From an uncultured Candidatus Cloacimonadota bacterium (GTDB taxonomy: Bacteria > Cloacimonadota > Cloacimonadia > Cloacimonadales > TCS61): a DNA stretch of 45,969 bases. Within the stretch, counting starts at the first letter, position 1. Each line of letters opens with the position of its first letter. A program made the translations under genes and the position numbers. Of this stretch, positions 19,776 through 28,909 are shown piece by piece. The notes beneath the pieces were generated by a model, which was given only the letters and a program-made list of their open reading frames with translations, did no database searches and was not told the origin of the DNA. The stretch is from contig CAZUGB010000225.1 in assembly GCA_964619925.1 (NCBI GenBank), forward strand, positions 1-45,969, read 5' to 3'.

Positions 19776-19987
19776 AATATCATCGCACTAATTTTTTTGT
19801 GAAATTTATTCGTCAAGCAAAAAGAAAAACAACCGTTTTGTAGTTTTAAAATACAGGTGTAAATCTTTCGGAATCTTTTTGGGGATTTCTCTTTGACGGT
19901 ATCCGTTTTAATAAAAAATAAAAATTTATGAACATCGCTTTGGTTTGTGATTCAAAATTGCAAATCATAATTTAAGGTAGAGTCTTC

Positions 19988-20020
19988 AAAAAAAATCGGG
20001 GAAACTCAGCAGTTCCCCGA
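19988..20020 (-). terminator. Rho-independent terminator of the 959-aa T9SS cargo gene
   Basis: On the minus strand, TCGGGGAA / TTCCCCGA forms an 8-bp stem (20013-20020 with 19996-20003) with a 9-nt loop, followed by T8 (19988-19995). It lies 12 nt after the stop. Confidence 0.85.
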
Positions 20021-20031
20021 CAAAATTGAGA

Positions 20032-22911
20032 TTAATTTATCAAAACGAATTTTTTAACAATTTCCGCATTTGGTCTTTCTATCCGATAAAAATAAATACC
20101 GCTTTTTACTTTTTTCTCTTTGGAATCTGTACCTTTCCAGAGAATTTTATGATTTCCGGCAGGCATTTTTTTATCGGTTAATTTTTTTACCAATTGTCCT
20201 TTGATATTGTATATGGAAATTTTCATATTTTCGGATTTCGGCAAATAAAAAGATATTGTAAATTGAGATTTTTGGCTGCGACTTGATAATTTGAAAGGAT
20301 TGGGATATGATTTGAATGTAACGGGTGAGGCTGTAACGGAATTGTTATCGGAACTTACATCCTGCAAGGTGGATTTTACCAATTTTATGTAAGAAGTTTC
20401 TCCTGTGGGATTATTGGTGCATATTACAAAATTCCCGATATTATCGAAAACAAATGAAGAGAGTTTTGATTTGGCATTTATCTCAAAATCTATATCAATG
20501 GGTTGTTTTTCGGTCATTTGATTTATCAGGGGCGATTCGAAGGCGTACACGTTTATTTCTTCACCGTTCGATTTGATATAATAAGCAAAAAGGTCTTCAT
20601 TTCCCACTAGTATGTAATCGGAAATAAGTGGTTTCTCAAAATTATTCAATAGCACATAACCTTCTCCTCCCAATTGATGATAAATAAGATATTCGTTTGT
20701 AAAATCGTCCGCCAAAATATATAAAGTGTTTTGATATAAAAACAAATTTTTTACTACAACACTGTTTGATAGCTCACTAAAATCCAACCCTACTATATCT
20801 TGGATAATACCGTTTTCGGTGATACTTACCAAAAACAATTCCGAAGAAGAACCTTGCACGGCAAAAAGAAAACCGTCATCAAGTTTAAATAATTTTTTTC
20901 GCAAAAGTGAAATCGGAACTTCTTCATTTAATAATTCCTGAAATGTTTCACCGTTGTCGGTAGATAGTTTTATGATAATATTCTGATGTGGGATATTTAC
21001 AAAACTCAAAGGCATATCAAGAAAGGGATTTATCAGAAATCTTTTATCAAAATGATAATTTTTTCCGTAGCCGGTGGAGGGATGATAACCGCCGTAATTA
21101 AACGTTTGGTTATCCAGCATCCAACTATTATCGGGGTGATTGTAAGAATCGTTTCCCGAACGATGCAAAAATCCTTTTCTCACTTGATATACTCCTCCGA
21201 AAAGATTTATTGTTCCTCTTTCCGTAACGATGTATTCGGCGGATTCGGGCCAAACGGGATTGTACCAAGGATAATCGGCACCGTAGGGCGGTACGTTTGA
21301 ATTCGGTTGATAGTTTTCGGCTTCATAAGGATAGCCGCACATATCGTATGGAGAAACGGGGTCTCCTCCGTGGATATTATATGGCAAAAGTTCAGAGGGT
21401 AATGAATTATCGGGAGGATAGATAAATTTATGCAAATCCACATAGGTGTATAATGTATCGTTCCCCGTGAAGGGGCTGGGAGCCATAAAATCCGGCGTAG
21501 AACCGTGCGGGTGTTGATATTCAAAGGTTAATACACCGTCATAATGCGAAACGAAATCGCCATATATATTCGGGTCGGCTTCTTGCAAAGCACAGTATGC
21601 ACCGTATAGATTAATACCGTCGCAATTATCGGAATTGGTAGCAAAATTATTCATAGGATCGATAAATTTATATTTTATTATGATTTTTTTCATTGATATT
21701 AAAGCGAAATAATCGTTTTGATTTATATTATCGGGATTATCGGGCGCTTGACCGGGTTCGGTATTTTGATATGTAATATCTCCCACGATGTAAATGTTTT
21801 CGCTACTTCCCCAAATTTGTTTTTCTGCAATACTTCCTTTTATCCACAATGTTTTTTGTGTAAAAATAATAGAGTTATTTTCAATATCTCCCGAAGGACC
21901 GTCCGTCCAAACGGTATCGAAAAGAGTTACTTGATTTACATATATGATGTTTTCGGGTGATAGCCAATTATATCCGTTTTCAATAGCTTCCTCAGCCTGT
22001 TCGGCATTTTGTGGATACCACGAATAAACAGGAATGTTTTCCACACCTACCACTTGAATTCTACCCAATTTTGATGTGTAGTGATTTCCTTGAATATTCA
22101 CATAGATGATATTTGCGTCCAAATTATCAAAAGGCATATCGGGGTCAAAATCTTGAGGTAAAATGTAGTTTTCTTCGGGAACGTTTTCCAGATAGCCGTT
22201 TTGGAATATTTGATTCAAAGAATAATAATTGCCGTTTGAAACGATTTGTCCCGAAGTGGTTACCAAAGAATGGAATGTGGGAGCAGTATTTTCGGTGTTT
22301 GAAATAAATATGTCATCATTGCTGTGAGTCATTCCCGAATTTTCATTGCCGTCATTAAAAAAGGGTAAAAGTGTTAAATTTTCCGTTTGTTCGTATTTGG
22401 TGTAATACAGATAATTGGTAATAATTTTGTTTTTACCTTTGATATAAGACAAAAATTGATTTTCGCCGTCGAATGTTAAATCCACCGGTAAAAATATGTT
22501 ATCTTCCGTAAATTGTTTTTGAAAAGTTGAACCGTTATCGGTGCTGATTGCTTCCCAAAGCTCAAACGAAGAGGGATTTCTGCTTTTTGTATAATAAATT
22601 ATGATTTTGTTATCGGAAACAAATATTACGGGGGCTGTTTTTTCCTTTATGAAAGGATAATTGTATAGCGTATCGATGTATGTTTCGGTGAAATTATCAT
22701 TGCCGTTTTCCGAAAAAGCAAAATACAAGGAAAATTTTTGTTCATCCGTTCTTTTTCCATATGTTACGAAAATTTTACCGTCTTCTTGAACAATAACCGA
22801 ATTTTTCCGACCGAAAATTATTTTATCGTTATTTGTGGTTATATCTACAATGGAAGAAATCGCAAAAACGGAATAAAATAAAAACATAATAAAAAAAATT
22901 GTTTTTTTCAT
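20032..22911 (-). CDS. Secreted protein with BNR/Asp-box repeats and T9SS-type C-terminal sorting domain
   Basis: Signal peptide. Asp-boxes STDNGSTF and STDNGETF. P/Y/G-rich central region. C-terminal SYPNPF..ISIYNIKGQLVKKL..GIYFYRIE..KKFVLIN (T9SS CTD). GGAGGT RBS. Confidence 0.8.
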   Translation of the reverse strand: MKKTIFFIMFLFYSVFAISSIVDITTNNDKIIFGRKNSVIVQEDGKIFVTYGKRTDEQKFSLYFAFSENGNDNFTETYIDTLYNYPFIKEKTAPVIFVSDNKIIIYYTKSRNPSSFELWEAISTDNGSTFQKQFTEDNIFLPVDLTFDGENQFLSYIKGKNKIITNYLYYTKYEQTENLTLLPFFNDGNENSGMTHSNDDIFISNTENTAPTFHSLVTTSGQIVSNGNYYSLNQIFQNGYLENVPEENYILPQDFDPDMPFDNLDANIIYVNIQGNHYTSKLGRIQVVGVENIPVYSWYPQNAEQAEEAIENGYNWLSPENIIYVNQVTLFDTVWTDGPSGDIENNSIIFTQKTLWIKGSIAEKQIWGSSENIYIVGDITYQNTEPGQAPDNPDNINQNDYFALISMKKIIIKYKFIDPMNNFATNSDNCDGINLYGAYCALQEADPNIYGDFVSHYDGVLTFEYQHPHGSTPDFMAPSPFTGNDTLYTYVDLHKFIYPPDNSLPSELLPYNIHGGDPVSPYDMCGYPYEAENYQPNSNVPPYGADYPWYNPVWPESAEYIVTERGTINLFGGVYQVRKGFLHRSGNDSYNHPDNSWMLDNQTFNYGGYHPSTGYGKNYHFDKRFLINPFLDMPLSFVNIPHQNIIIKLSTDNGETFQELLNEEVPISLLRKKLFKLDDGFLFAVQGSSSELFLVSITENGIIQDIVGLDFSELSNSVVVKNLFLYQNTLYILADDFTNEYLIYHQLGGEGYVLLNNFEKPLISDYILVGNEDLFAYYIKSNGEEINVYAFESPLINQMTEKQPIDIDFEINAKSKLSSFVFDNIGNFVICTNNPTGETSYIKLVKSTLQDVSSDNNSVTASPVTFKSYPNPFKLSSRSQKSQFTISFYLPKSENMKISIYNIKGQLVKKLTDKKMPAGNHKILWKGTDSKEKKVKSGIYFYRIERPNAEIVKKFVLIN

Positions 22912-23151
22912 CTTCTTACCTCCTGATTATTTTTCTCTTTTACTTATTTCTTTTATAGATAAATTTTTGTAAAGTAAAAAGTATAAATAATTAATTTGAT
23001 ATTATGAAATAAAATAAGGTGATTATGGGATTTTTCGCTTGGATTGATAATTTTTTAAAAGGATATAAACTTTTCCTATCTGATATTACGGAATAATAAT
23101 TTGACAAGAAAATCACACAATTATGCCTTGTATCAAAAGCAAGGAGGCAAT

Positions 23152-23538
23152 ATGAATCGTTTGCATAGATCAAAAAATAATAAATCGATTGCGGGTGTAT
23201 GTGCGGGAATAGCCGAAACTTTCGGGATAGAACCGCTTTTGGTAAGATTGGTATTTTTGGTGTCTCTTTTTTGGGGCGGAAGCGGTTTGATATTGTATTT
23301 CATTCTATGGCTTATTTTACCCGAAAGAGAATCCGAAAATCTTCCGCAGATAAAACTATATCGTTCGAGAAATGACAAATTTGTTGCTGGCGTATGCGGC
23401 GGATTGGGTAAATATTTGAATTGGGATCCGTCAATTATCAGATTGATATTTATCGTGATGTTTTTGTATGCGGGGTCCGGTGTTCTTTTATATATCTTAA
23501 TGTGGATTTTGATACCCTTGGAATCGGATGAATTATGA
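23152..23538 (+). CDS. PspC-domain membrane protein (two tandem PspC domains)
   Basis: Two repeats: RSKNNKSIAGVCAGIAETFGIEPLLVRLVFLV..LYFILWLILP and RSRNDKFVAGVCGGLGKYLNWDPSIIRLIFIV..LYILMWILIP. I chose the ATG at 23152 (AAGGAGG 5 nt upstream) over the track start at 23101. Confidence 0.85.
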   Translation: MNRLHRSKNNKSIAGVCAGIAETFGIEPLLVRLVFLVSLFWGGSGLILYFILWLILPERESENLPQIKLYRSRNDKFVAGVCGGLGKYLNWDPSIIRLIFIVMFLYAGSGVLLYILMWILIPLESDEL

Positions 23539-23996
23539 TTATTCCCGCCACTTTATGTTATGTTCGAAAAGATGATTTCGTTCTTATGTTGCATCGAGTA
23601 AAAAAGACAGATGATATGCACAAGGGTAAATGGAACGGTCTCGGAGGCAAATTTGAAAAAGGTGAATCGCCGGAAGATTGCGTGATTAGAGAAGTATCCG
23701 AAGAAAGCGGACTAAAAATAATTAATCCCGTATTAAAAGGAATAATCACATTTCCCCAATTTGACGGAGAAAATGATTGGCTTGTTTTCGTGTTTCAAAG
23801 CAATAAATTTACAGGAGAGCTTTCCGCTTCGGACGAAGGCATCTTAAAGTGGATAAAAAAAGACAAGTTATTAAATCTTAATCTCTGGGAAGGCGATAAA
23901 ATCTTTTTACCGTGGGTTTTTGAAGATAAATTCTTTTCCGCAAAATTTGTTTATCAAAATAAAAAGCTTATTGATTGGACAGTAACAAAATATTAA
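23535..23996 (+). CDS. NUDIX hydrolase (MutT-like)
   Basis: Complete Nudix box G-x5-E-x7-REVxEExGL (GKFEKGESPEDCVIREVSEESGL). ATGA overlap with the pspC-like gene. Confidence 0.85.
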   Translation: MIIPATLCYVRKDDFVLMLHRVKKTDDMHKGKWNGLGGKFEKGESPEDCVIREVSEESGLKIINPVLKGIITFPQFDGENDWLVFVFQSNKFTGELSASDEGILKWIKKDKLLNLNLWEGDKIFLPWVFEDKFFSAKFVYQNKKLIDWTVTKY

Positions 23997-24000
23997 CTTA

Positions 24001-27000
24001 ATGAAAAAATCGGTTGTTTTTTTTATTCTTTTTGGCATCACGGTTACAATTTTATCCTATAACTTTTATTCTCCTATCATAAAAAACATTCTTCTGGAAA
24101 AGGTGGAAAAAAATCACTTGTATAGTTTGCCACAACCGATTATAAAAAATTCTCAAATAGTTCTGTCGGATACTTTGCTTTTAAAAGAAAAAAACGATTA
24201 TATCATAGATTATGATGCGGGGAAAATAGAATTTTTTCATAATTTTAAAAATGTTCACATTGAACTAATTACATATCCCGAAAATCTTACAAAAAAGTAT
24301 CAAAATTACTTTCCTACCGAAATATCCGATTCATTATTAACCAAAATCAAACGAAAACGCTCATTATTTTCGGAAACGACAACAAACCTGAATATAAGCG
24401 GTTCCAAAACAATCTCATTTACCGTATCAAACGGGCAGGATGTTACATTTGATCAAACTCTTTTTCTTAAAATAAACGGACAGTTATCAGAAAATATCAA
24501 TATCGAATCACAACTATCGGACAACCAAACTCCCATAACCACCGAAGGCAATTCGAAAGAGTTAAGCTCTTTGGATAATATTTACATTAGAATTTTCGGA
24601 AGGCAATACGAATTGAAGTTCGGCGATTTGGAAATGGAATACGATAATACCCGATTTATTAATTATCATCCTTTTTTTGAAGGTATCAAAGCCAAATATT
24701 TTAAAAATAACTACTTCAAAGGAGCAATTGCCTTATCGAAAGGGAAAAAGGGTAGTGCCCACTTCTATTGCGAAGAATCAAAACAAGGACCTTATTATCT
24801 TTCCGTACAAAATAATACCGGATTAAAAATAGTGCCTTCCTCGGAAGAGATTTATTTAAACGGTGTCAAATTACAACGCGGTACCGATTATACTATTGAT
24901 TATTCGGACGGAAGTATAATTTTTACGGACAAACATTTTATCTCGGCAATTTCTTATGTTACGGCATATTTTCTTTATACCGACGAGTTTTATCGTCAAA
25001 ATTTATATTTGAATAATAATAAGATAGCCATTGGTGATAATATCGAAATTTACAGCTATTTGATTTATGAAGCCGATGACAAAAAAAATCCGCTTACTCA
25101 AAATTTATCGGAAGATGATATTAATATTTTAAAACAAGCGGGGGATAACACAGCGTGGGGAAGCGGTGTTACCTATTTGCCCGAAGGAGGAGATTATAAA
25201 TTGTCCGATAGCGGTACTTATTATATTTATTCTCCGAATGACAGTACTGCGGTTTATAGTATTCGCTTTACCTTTGTGGGATTTGGCAACGGTGATTATA
25301 CCCTTTCTTCCGAGGGTGATTATTATGTTTATGTAGGTGAAAAACAGGGAGATTATCTGCCTATAATAAAATTGGTGGCACCTCAAAAGAAAGTAAATTA
25401 CGATATGAAATTCAATTGGGTAAATAACTTTCTTCAAGTGGATGCGGAGGGAATTATTACCGATTATGATAAAAACGAATTTTCTTCAAAAGACGATAAA
25501 GATAATTATTCCGGAGCATATTCCACAAAAATAATATTAAAACCCGATTGGGATAAAATCAATCCGATATTGACATTTGATATAAAAAGCCAAGCCGAAA
25601 AATTGAAAACATTTTCCAATATCAATGATGAAGAAATATCCAACGAATTTATGCTGTTTCCCGATTCATTAAAAAGCATAGAAAAAAATATTTCTCTGTA
25701 TCTATCGCCGTTTGAGTATTTTACCATAAAAAATTCCTTTTCCTTAAATCATGTGGATAGTTTCGGAACAATTAAAGAATGGAAATCCGATTTTAATAAA
25801 AAAGAATCAAGGTTTTTCCCCGAATTAAAATTATCTTATAAAAATCAAAATCAATTAATAACCGCTTTGGCGGATAAAAAATACACTTCATATCGGGCAA
25901 TAGTTAATAAAACCGTAAGAAAGTTCTCTTTCAAATCCGAGATTAATTTCCAAAAAAATATTATGAACAACAATAACAATGAATACGGAGAAAGGAATTA
26001 TCATATATTAAATAATTTAATCTACAAAAAAAATGACGACTTTGCTCTAAAAATTTCCTATGCAAATATACAGGCCGATTCTTTGGAAAATTCCAAATAT
26101 GAAAAAAAACTTTTGAATCACACGATAGGATTGGAAAGCAAGATAAAATCGGATAATAATTTTTTGAATTTTAAATATCAGCACAGAATAATAATAAAGC
26201 CCGAAAAAAAATCTTTTGATATGGCGGATATAAACCTAAGAAACAATTTCTTAAAAAATTCGGTTACTCTAAATTCGTCATACAAAATAAACAATTTGGA
26301 TTTTTATCCCAAAATACGGGAATTGATAAAGGTAAGCTACGGATTGTATGATAGTACAGGAGCTTTGGGAGGAGAAGGCGGATACGATTGGGTGATTAAA
26401 TATATCGATTATGATCATCCGAAAAAATCCACGGAAGTTAATTTGTCTTCCACACTAAACCTAATGCCGAGTTTGTATTTTAAAAAATTTCCTTTGAATA
26501 TGCAGTTTGAGACTTATGCACTTTTGTATGAAAATTCCGTTTCTTCCCATAAAAAGGAGGTTTATCTTTTCAACCGAAACTATTTTTTTAATAAGGCATA
26601 TTCCATTTTAAGCAAAAAAATATTCCGTCAGACCGTTTGGACGGATTTTAAAAAGTTCCGCTACCGATTTGATTTTAAAATTAATAATACTTTGGATCAA
26701 AGATTTCAAAAAAGTGCTGAAAATACAACCAAAACTTATTCAAATGAATTGAATTACAGATATTCTCCTCCGATTTCATTCAAAATCCTTTTTGATAAGG
26801 AGAAAAAAACGGAATCTATTTATCAGTCGCTTTTTGATAGCAAAAAATATGAATTTGGCTTTTTTTACAGACCAAATTCCTCGATGCTCATAAATTCCAC
26901 TTTGGGTTTTCAAAACGAGTATGCCAAATCAATTTTATCAAACGATGATTATGAAATTGCAAATTATTATACCGAAGAAAATGTAACGTTATTTCTAAAA

Positions 27001-27228
27001 AGAAGATATAGAATGTTTTTTAAAGTGAAACTGGGAAACAGAAAGAAAAACAGTGATTATCTGAATAATTTGAATGATAAGAAAGCGGGATTTTATTTAA
27101 AAGGAAATATGAATTTTAATTACAAATTGAACAAATTTACCTCCGCTACGGTGAATTATGATACAAATCTGTATGAAAACGCAAGAAGCGAACACAAACT
27201 TTCGATTGAGGTAAAAGCGGAATTTTAA
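24001..27228 (+). CDS. Large hypothetical protein, predicted outer-membrane beta-barrel (1075 aa)
   Basis: N-terminal hydrophobic signal or anchor. N/K/Y/F-rich with alternating-hydrophobicity segments throughout the C-terminal ~700 aa. Ends in ..HKLSIEVKAEF (aromatic C-terminal residue typical of OMPs). No catalytic motif recognised. Confidence 0.6.
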   Translation: MKKSVVFFILFGITVTILSYNFYSPIIKNILLEKVEKNHLYSLPQPIIKNSQIVLSDTLLLKEKNDYIIDYDAGKIEFFHNFKNVHIELITYPENLTKKYQNYFPTEISDSLLTKIKRKRSLFSETTTNLNISGSKTISFTVSNGQDVTFDQTLFLKINGQLSENINIESQLSDNQTPITTEGNSKELSSLDNIYIRIFGRQYELKFGDLEMEYDNTRFINYHPFFEGIKAKYFKNNYFKGAIALSKGKKGSAHFYCEESKQGPYYLSVQNNTGLKIVPSSEEIYLNGVKLQRGTDYTIDYSDGSIIFTDKHFISAISYVTAYFLYTDEFYRQNLYLNNNKIAIGDNIEIYSYLIYEADDKKNPLTQNLSEDDINILKQAGDNTAWGSGVTYLPEGGDYKLSDSGTYYIYSPNDSTAVYSIRFTFVGFGNGDYTLSSEGDYYVYVGEKQGDYLPIIKLVAPQKKVNYDMKFNWVNNFLQVDAEGIITDYDKNEFSSKDDKDNYSGAYSTKIILKPDWDKINPILTFDIKSQAEKLKTFSNINDEEISNEFMLFPDSLKSIEKNISLYLSPFEYFTIKNSFSLNHVDSFGTIKEWKSDFNKKESRFFPELKLSYKNQNQLITALADKKYTSYRAIVNKTVRKFSFKSEINFQKNIMNNNNNEYGERNYHILNNLIYKKNDDFALKISYANIQADSLENSKYEKKLLNHTIGLESKIKSDNNFLNFKYQHRIIIKPEKKSFDMADINLRNNFLKNSVTLNSSYKINNLDFYPKIRELIKVSYGLYDSTGALGGEGGYDWVIKYIDYDHPKKSTEVNLSSTLNLMPSLYFKKFPLNMQFETYALLYENSVSSHKKEVYLFNRNYFFNKAYSILSKKIFRQTVWTDFKKFRYRFDFKINNTLDQRFQKSAENTTKTYSNELNYRYSPPISFKILFDKEKKTESIYQSLFDSKKYEFGFFYRPNSSMLINSTLGFQNEYAKSILSNDDYEIANYYTEENVTLFLKRRYRMFFKVKLGNRKKNSDYLNNLNDKKAGFYLKGNMNFNYKLNKFTSATVNYDTNLYENARSEHKLSIEVKAEF

Positions 27229-27240
27229 TAAAAAAGAAAA

Positions 27241-27270
27241 AGCACATTCTCAATTATTTAAGAATGTGCT
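27241..27270. terminator. Bidirectional rho-independent terminator between convergent genes
   Basis: Perfect 10-bp stem AGCACATTCT / AGAATGTGCT with a 10-nt loop, flanked by an A-rich tract (27231-27240) and TTTAT (27271-27275). Confidence 0.75.
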
Positions 27271-27296
27271 TTTATAAAGTTGATAATGTGTACCGT

Positions 27297-27698
27297 TTAT
27301 GATTCTATATCGTCTTCGGTATGTTCTTCTTCGGTTTTTATCTCTTCATTTTCGTCAGAGGTTTTTTCATCTTCGGTTTCTTCGTTTTTTTCGTTAATAT
27401 TGATTTCGATGTTCATGCCTTTGAAAGCGGGATAGAAATCATCAATGTATTCTCTAATCATTTCTTCGAGATTCGGATTTTTTTCTATTGTTTCGGCAGT
27501 AAACCAAAGATCGTAAACCATTTTATTAAATTGAAGATTAATTTTTTGCTTGGGTGCTTCGCCGATTATATTCTCCAGATATTGCGGAAGGGTATTATGA
27601 AGATTGGAAAGCGATTTGATTCTTCGGTAAAACTTGTAGCCAAAATATCCTCCTACTGAGAATACACCTAACCAGAATACTTTTTTTAAGAAACTCAT
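27297..27698 (-). CDS. Hypothetical membrane-anchored protein with highly acidic C-terminal tail
   Basis: N-terminal TM (VFWLGVFSVGGYFGY) and a C-terminal E/D-rich tail (NEKNEETEDEKTSDENEEIKTEEEHTEDDIES). Good GGAGG RBS 6 nt upstream. Confidence 0.6.
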   Translation of the reverse strand: MSFLKKVFWLGVFSVGGYFGYKFYRRIKSLSNLHNTLPQYLENIIGEAPKQKINLQFNKMVYDLWFTAETIEKNPNLEEMIREYIDDFYPAFKGMNIEININEKNEETEDEKTSDENEEIKTEEEHTEDDIES

Positions 27699-27725
27699 TG
27701 TAAACCTCCGTATAAAGAGTTTGTC

Positions 27726-28676
27726 CTATTTCATTAAAATCATTTTCTTTGTTGAAGTATATTTTCCGTTTTTGATTTTATAAAGATAAATACCGCTTCC
27801 TACTGTTTTGCCGTTGTTGTTTGTGCCGTCCCAAACAACGGTATTTTCACCGGCGGGTTTTTCGCCGTTAATCAAAGTTTTTACTCTTTTACCTTGAAGA
27901 TTGAATACTTCTACCGTAACAAATGAATTGTGAGCAAGATTGAAAGCTATTGTAGTGGTAGGATTGAAAGGATTAGGATAATTTTTTACGTATTGAATCG
28001 GATTGATAATGTTATTATCGTTATGTGTAACACCCAAATCCGCAGGAGTTCTGGGATTTATACCGAATTCACCGTATGAATAATCGCATAAACCGATAAT
28101 GAACGGGAATGTTTCACCTACTGTGATAACGATAGGAGGATCCACTTCGTCAAGATAGAAGAATCCGTCGTCGATTTGTGCAAGCCCGTTTCCATCGGTA
28201 ACCAACCACTGACCGTATTGGTCTTGTTCTTGTGCAACGGTAACTTCGGGTAATTTTACAAGGCAACCTTCTACGGCTTCGCCAAGTTCCGAACAAGTAA
28301 TTTCTACCGGAGCGGGAAGAGTATTACCTGAGCTTAATATTGAAACTGTGGGATTTTCGCCGATTTCGGTGTAACCGTAATATTCTTTAACGGTTCCGGA
28401 TACTTCAACTTCGTCACCGACTTCGGGTTGTGTGTCGGCACCATATACCATAATACCGTGCCATGCACCACCTTCGGGATCCGAAATAAAGAAACTTTGA
28501 GCACTTGTAAATCCAACACCGGTAACAATTGCAGTAACGGTAACCGCTTGGTCAACCATTGGAGAAGGATAAGTGCCGTCGCCTTCGTTTGTGGTGTATT
28601 GAATGTCATAAATTGTTGTGGCTGATAACATTGCCACCATTGATACCAAAATTAACAACAAAGCTAATTTTTTCAT
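27726..28676 (-). CDS. Secreted protein with N-terminal OB-like 'IYDIQ' domain and T9SS-type C-terminal sorting domain
   Basis: Signal peptide. TTIYDIQYT..VTVTAIVTGV..FFISDP..GIMVY..GDEVEVSGTVKEYYGYTEI resembles the N-terminal OB-like module of extracellular nucleases and related surface proteins. The C-terminal NYPNPFNPTTTIAF..GIYLYKIKNGKYTSTKKMILMK is very similar to the tail of the first gene. GGAGG RBS. Confidence 0.8.
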   Translation of the reverse strand: MKKLALLLILVSMVAMLSATTIYDIQYTTNEGDGTYPSPMVDQAVTVTAIVTGVGFTSAQSFFISDPEGGAWHGIMVYGADTQPEVGDEVEVSGTVKEYYGYTEIGENPTVSILSSGNTLPAPVEITCSELGEAVEGCLVKLPEVTVAQEQDQYGQWLVTDGNGLAQIDDGFFYLDEVDPPIVITVGETFPFIIGLCDYSYGEFGINPRTPADLGVTHNDNNIINPIQYVKNYPNPFNPTTTIAFNLAHNSFVTVEVFNLQGKRVKTLINGEKPAGENTVVWDGTNNNGKTVGSGIYLYKIKNGKYTSTKKMILMK

Positions 28677-28851
28677 TTTAACCTCCGTGGAATTTTTCTA
28701 TAACCGAAAATGTTTTTTTAAACGGCTGTGTCAAGTTTTTTATCGCTATTTTTTTATACCGTCAAAGCATTTTTAACTTTTATAGATAAAATAAAATATT
28801 CTTTAAAAAAGAGTAATTGTTTTATTTTTAAATCTTAAACTCGAAATTTAT

Positions 28852-28880
28852 TTGACACTATTTTCGGGTTTATATTAATA
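28852..28880 (+). promoter_or_regulatory. Putative promoter of the SBBP-repeat cargo / GH20 pair
   Basis: TTGACA at 28852-28857, N16, ATTAAT at 28874-28879. It lies ~30 nt upstream of the GGAGGAAG RBS. By eye only. Confidence 0.35.
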
Positions 28881-28909
28881 AGTTAACAAAATAAACACGG
28901 AGGAAGAGT

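Noticed and set aside
21207-21524. 105-aa same-strand, alternative-frame ORF inside the 959-aa T9SS cargo gene. A 104-aa antisense ORF lies at 20986-21300.
   Set aside because: These lie in a locally GC-richer, P/Y/G-coding part of the main gene, where stop codons are scarce in other frames. There is no RBS and no recognisable motifs.
12799-21848. Isolated perfect DnaA boxes (TTATCCACA) at 12799-12807, 15121-15129 and 21840-21848.
   Set aside because: Each is single, lies inside a well-supported CDS, and is explained by V-D-K or W-I-K codons on the coding strand. I treat them as background frequency, not regulatory sites.
22912-23151. The divergent intergenic region (minus-strand block meets plus-strand block) considered as a possible replication origin.
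   Set aside because: The gene orientation would suit an origin, but I found no DnaA-box-like 9-mers there. It is better explained as a pair of divergent promoters.
23101-23151. Longer N-terminus of the PspC ORF (track start at 23101, MTRKSHNYALYQKQGGN..).
   Set aside because: The ATG at 23152 has an AAGGAGG RBS at optimal spacing. The extra 17 residues are not PspC-like and would include the RBS itself.
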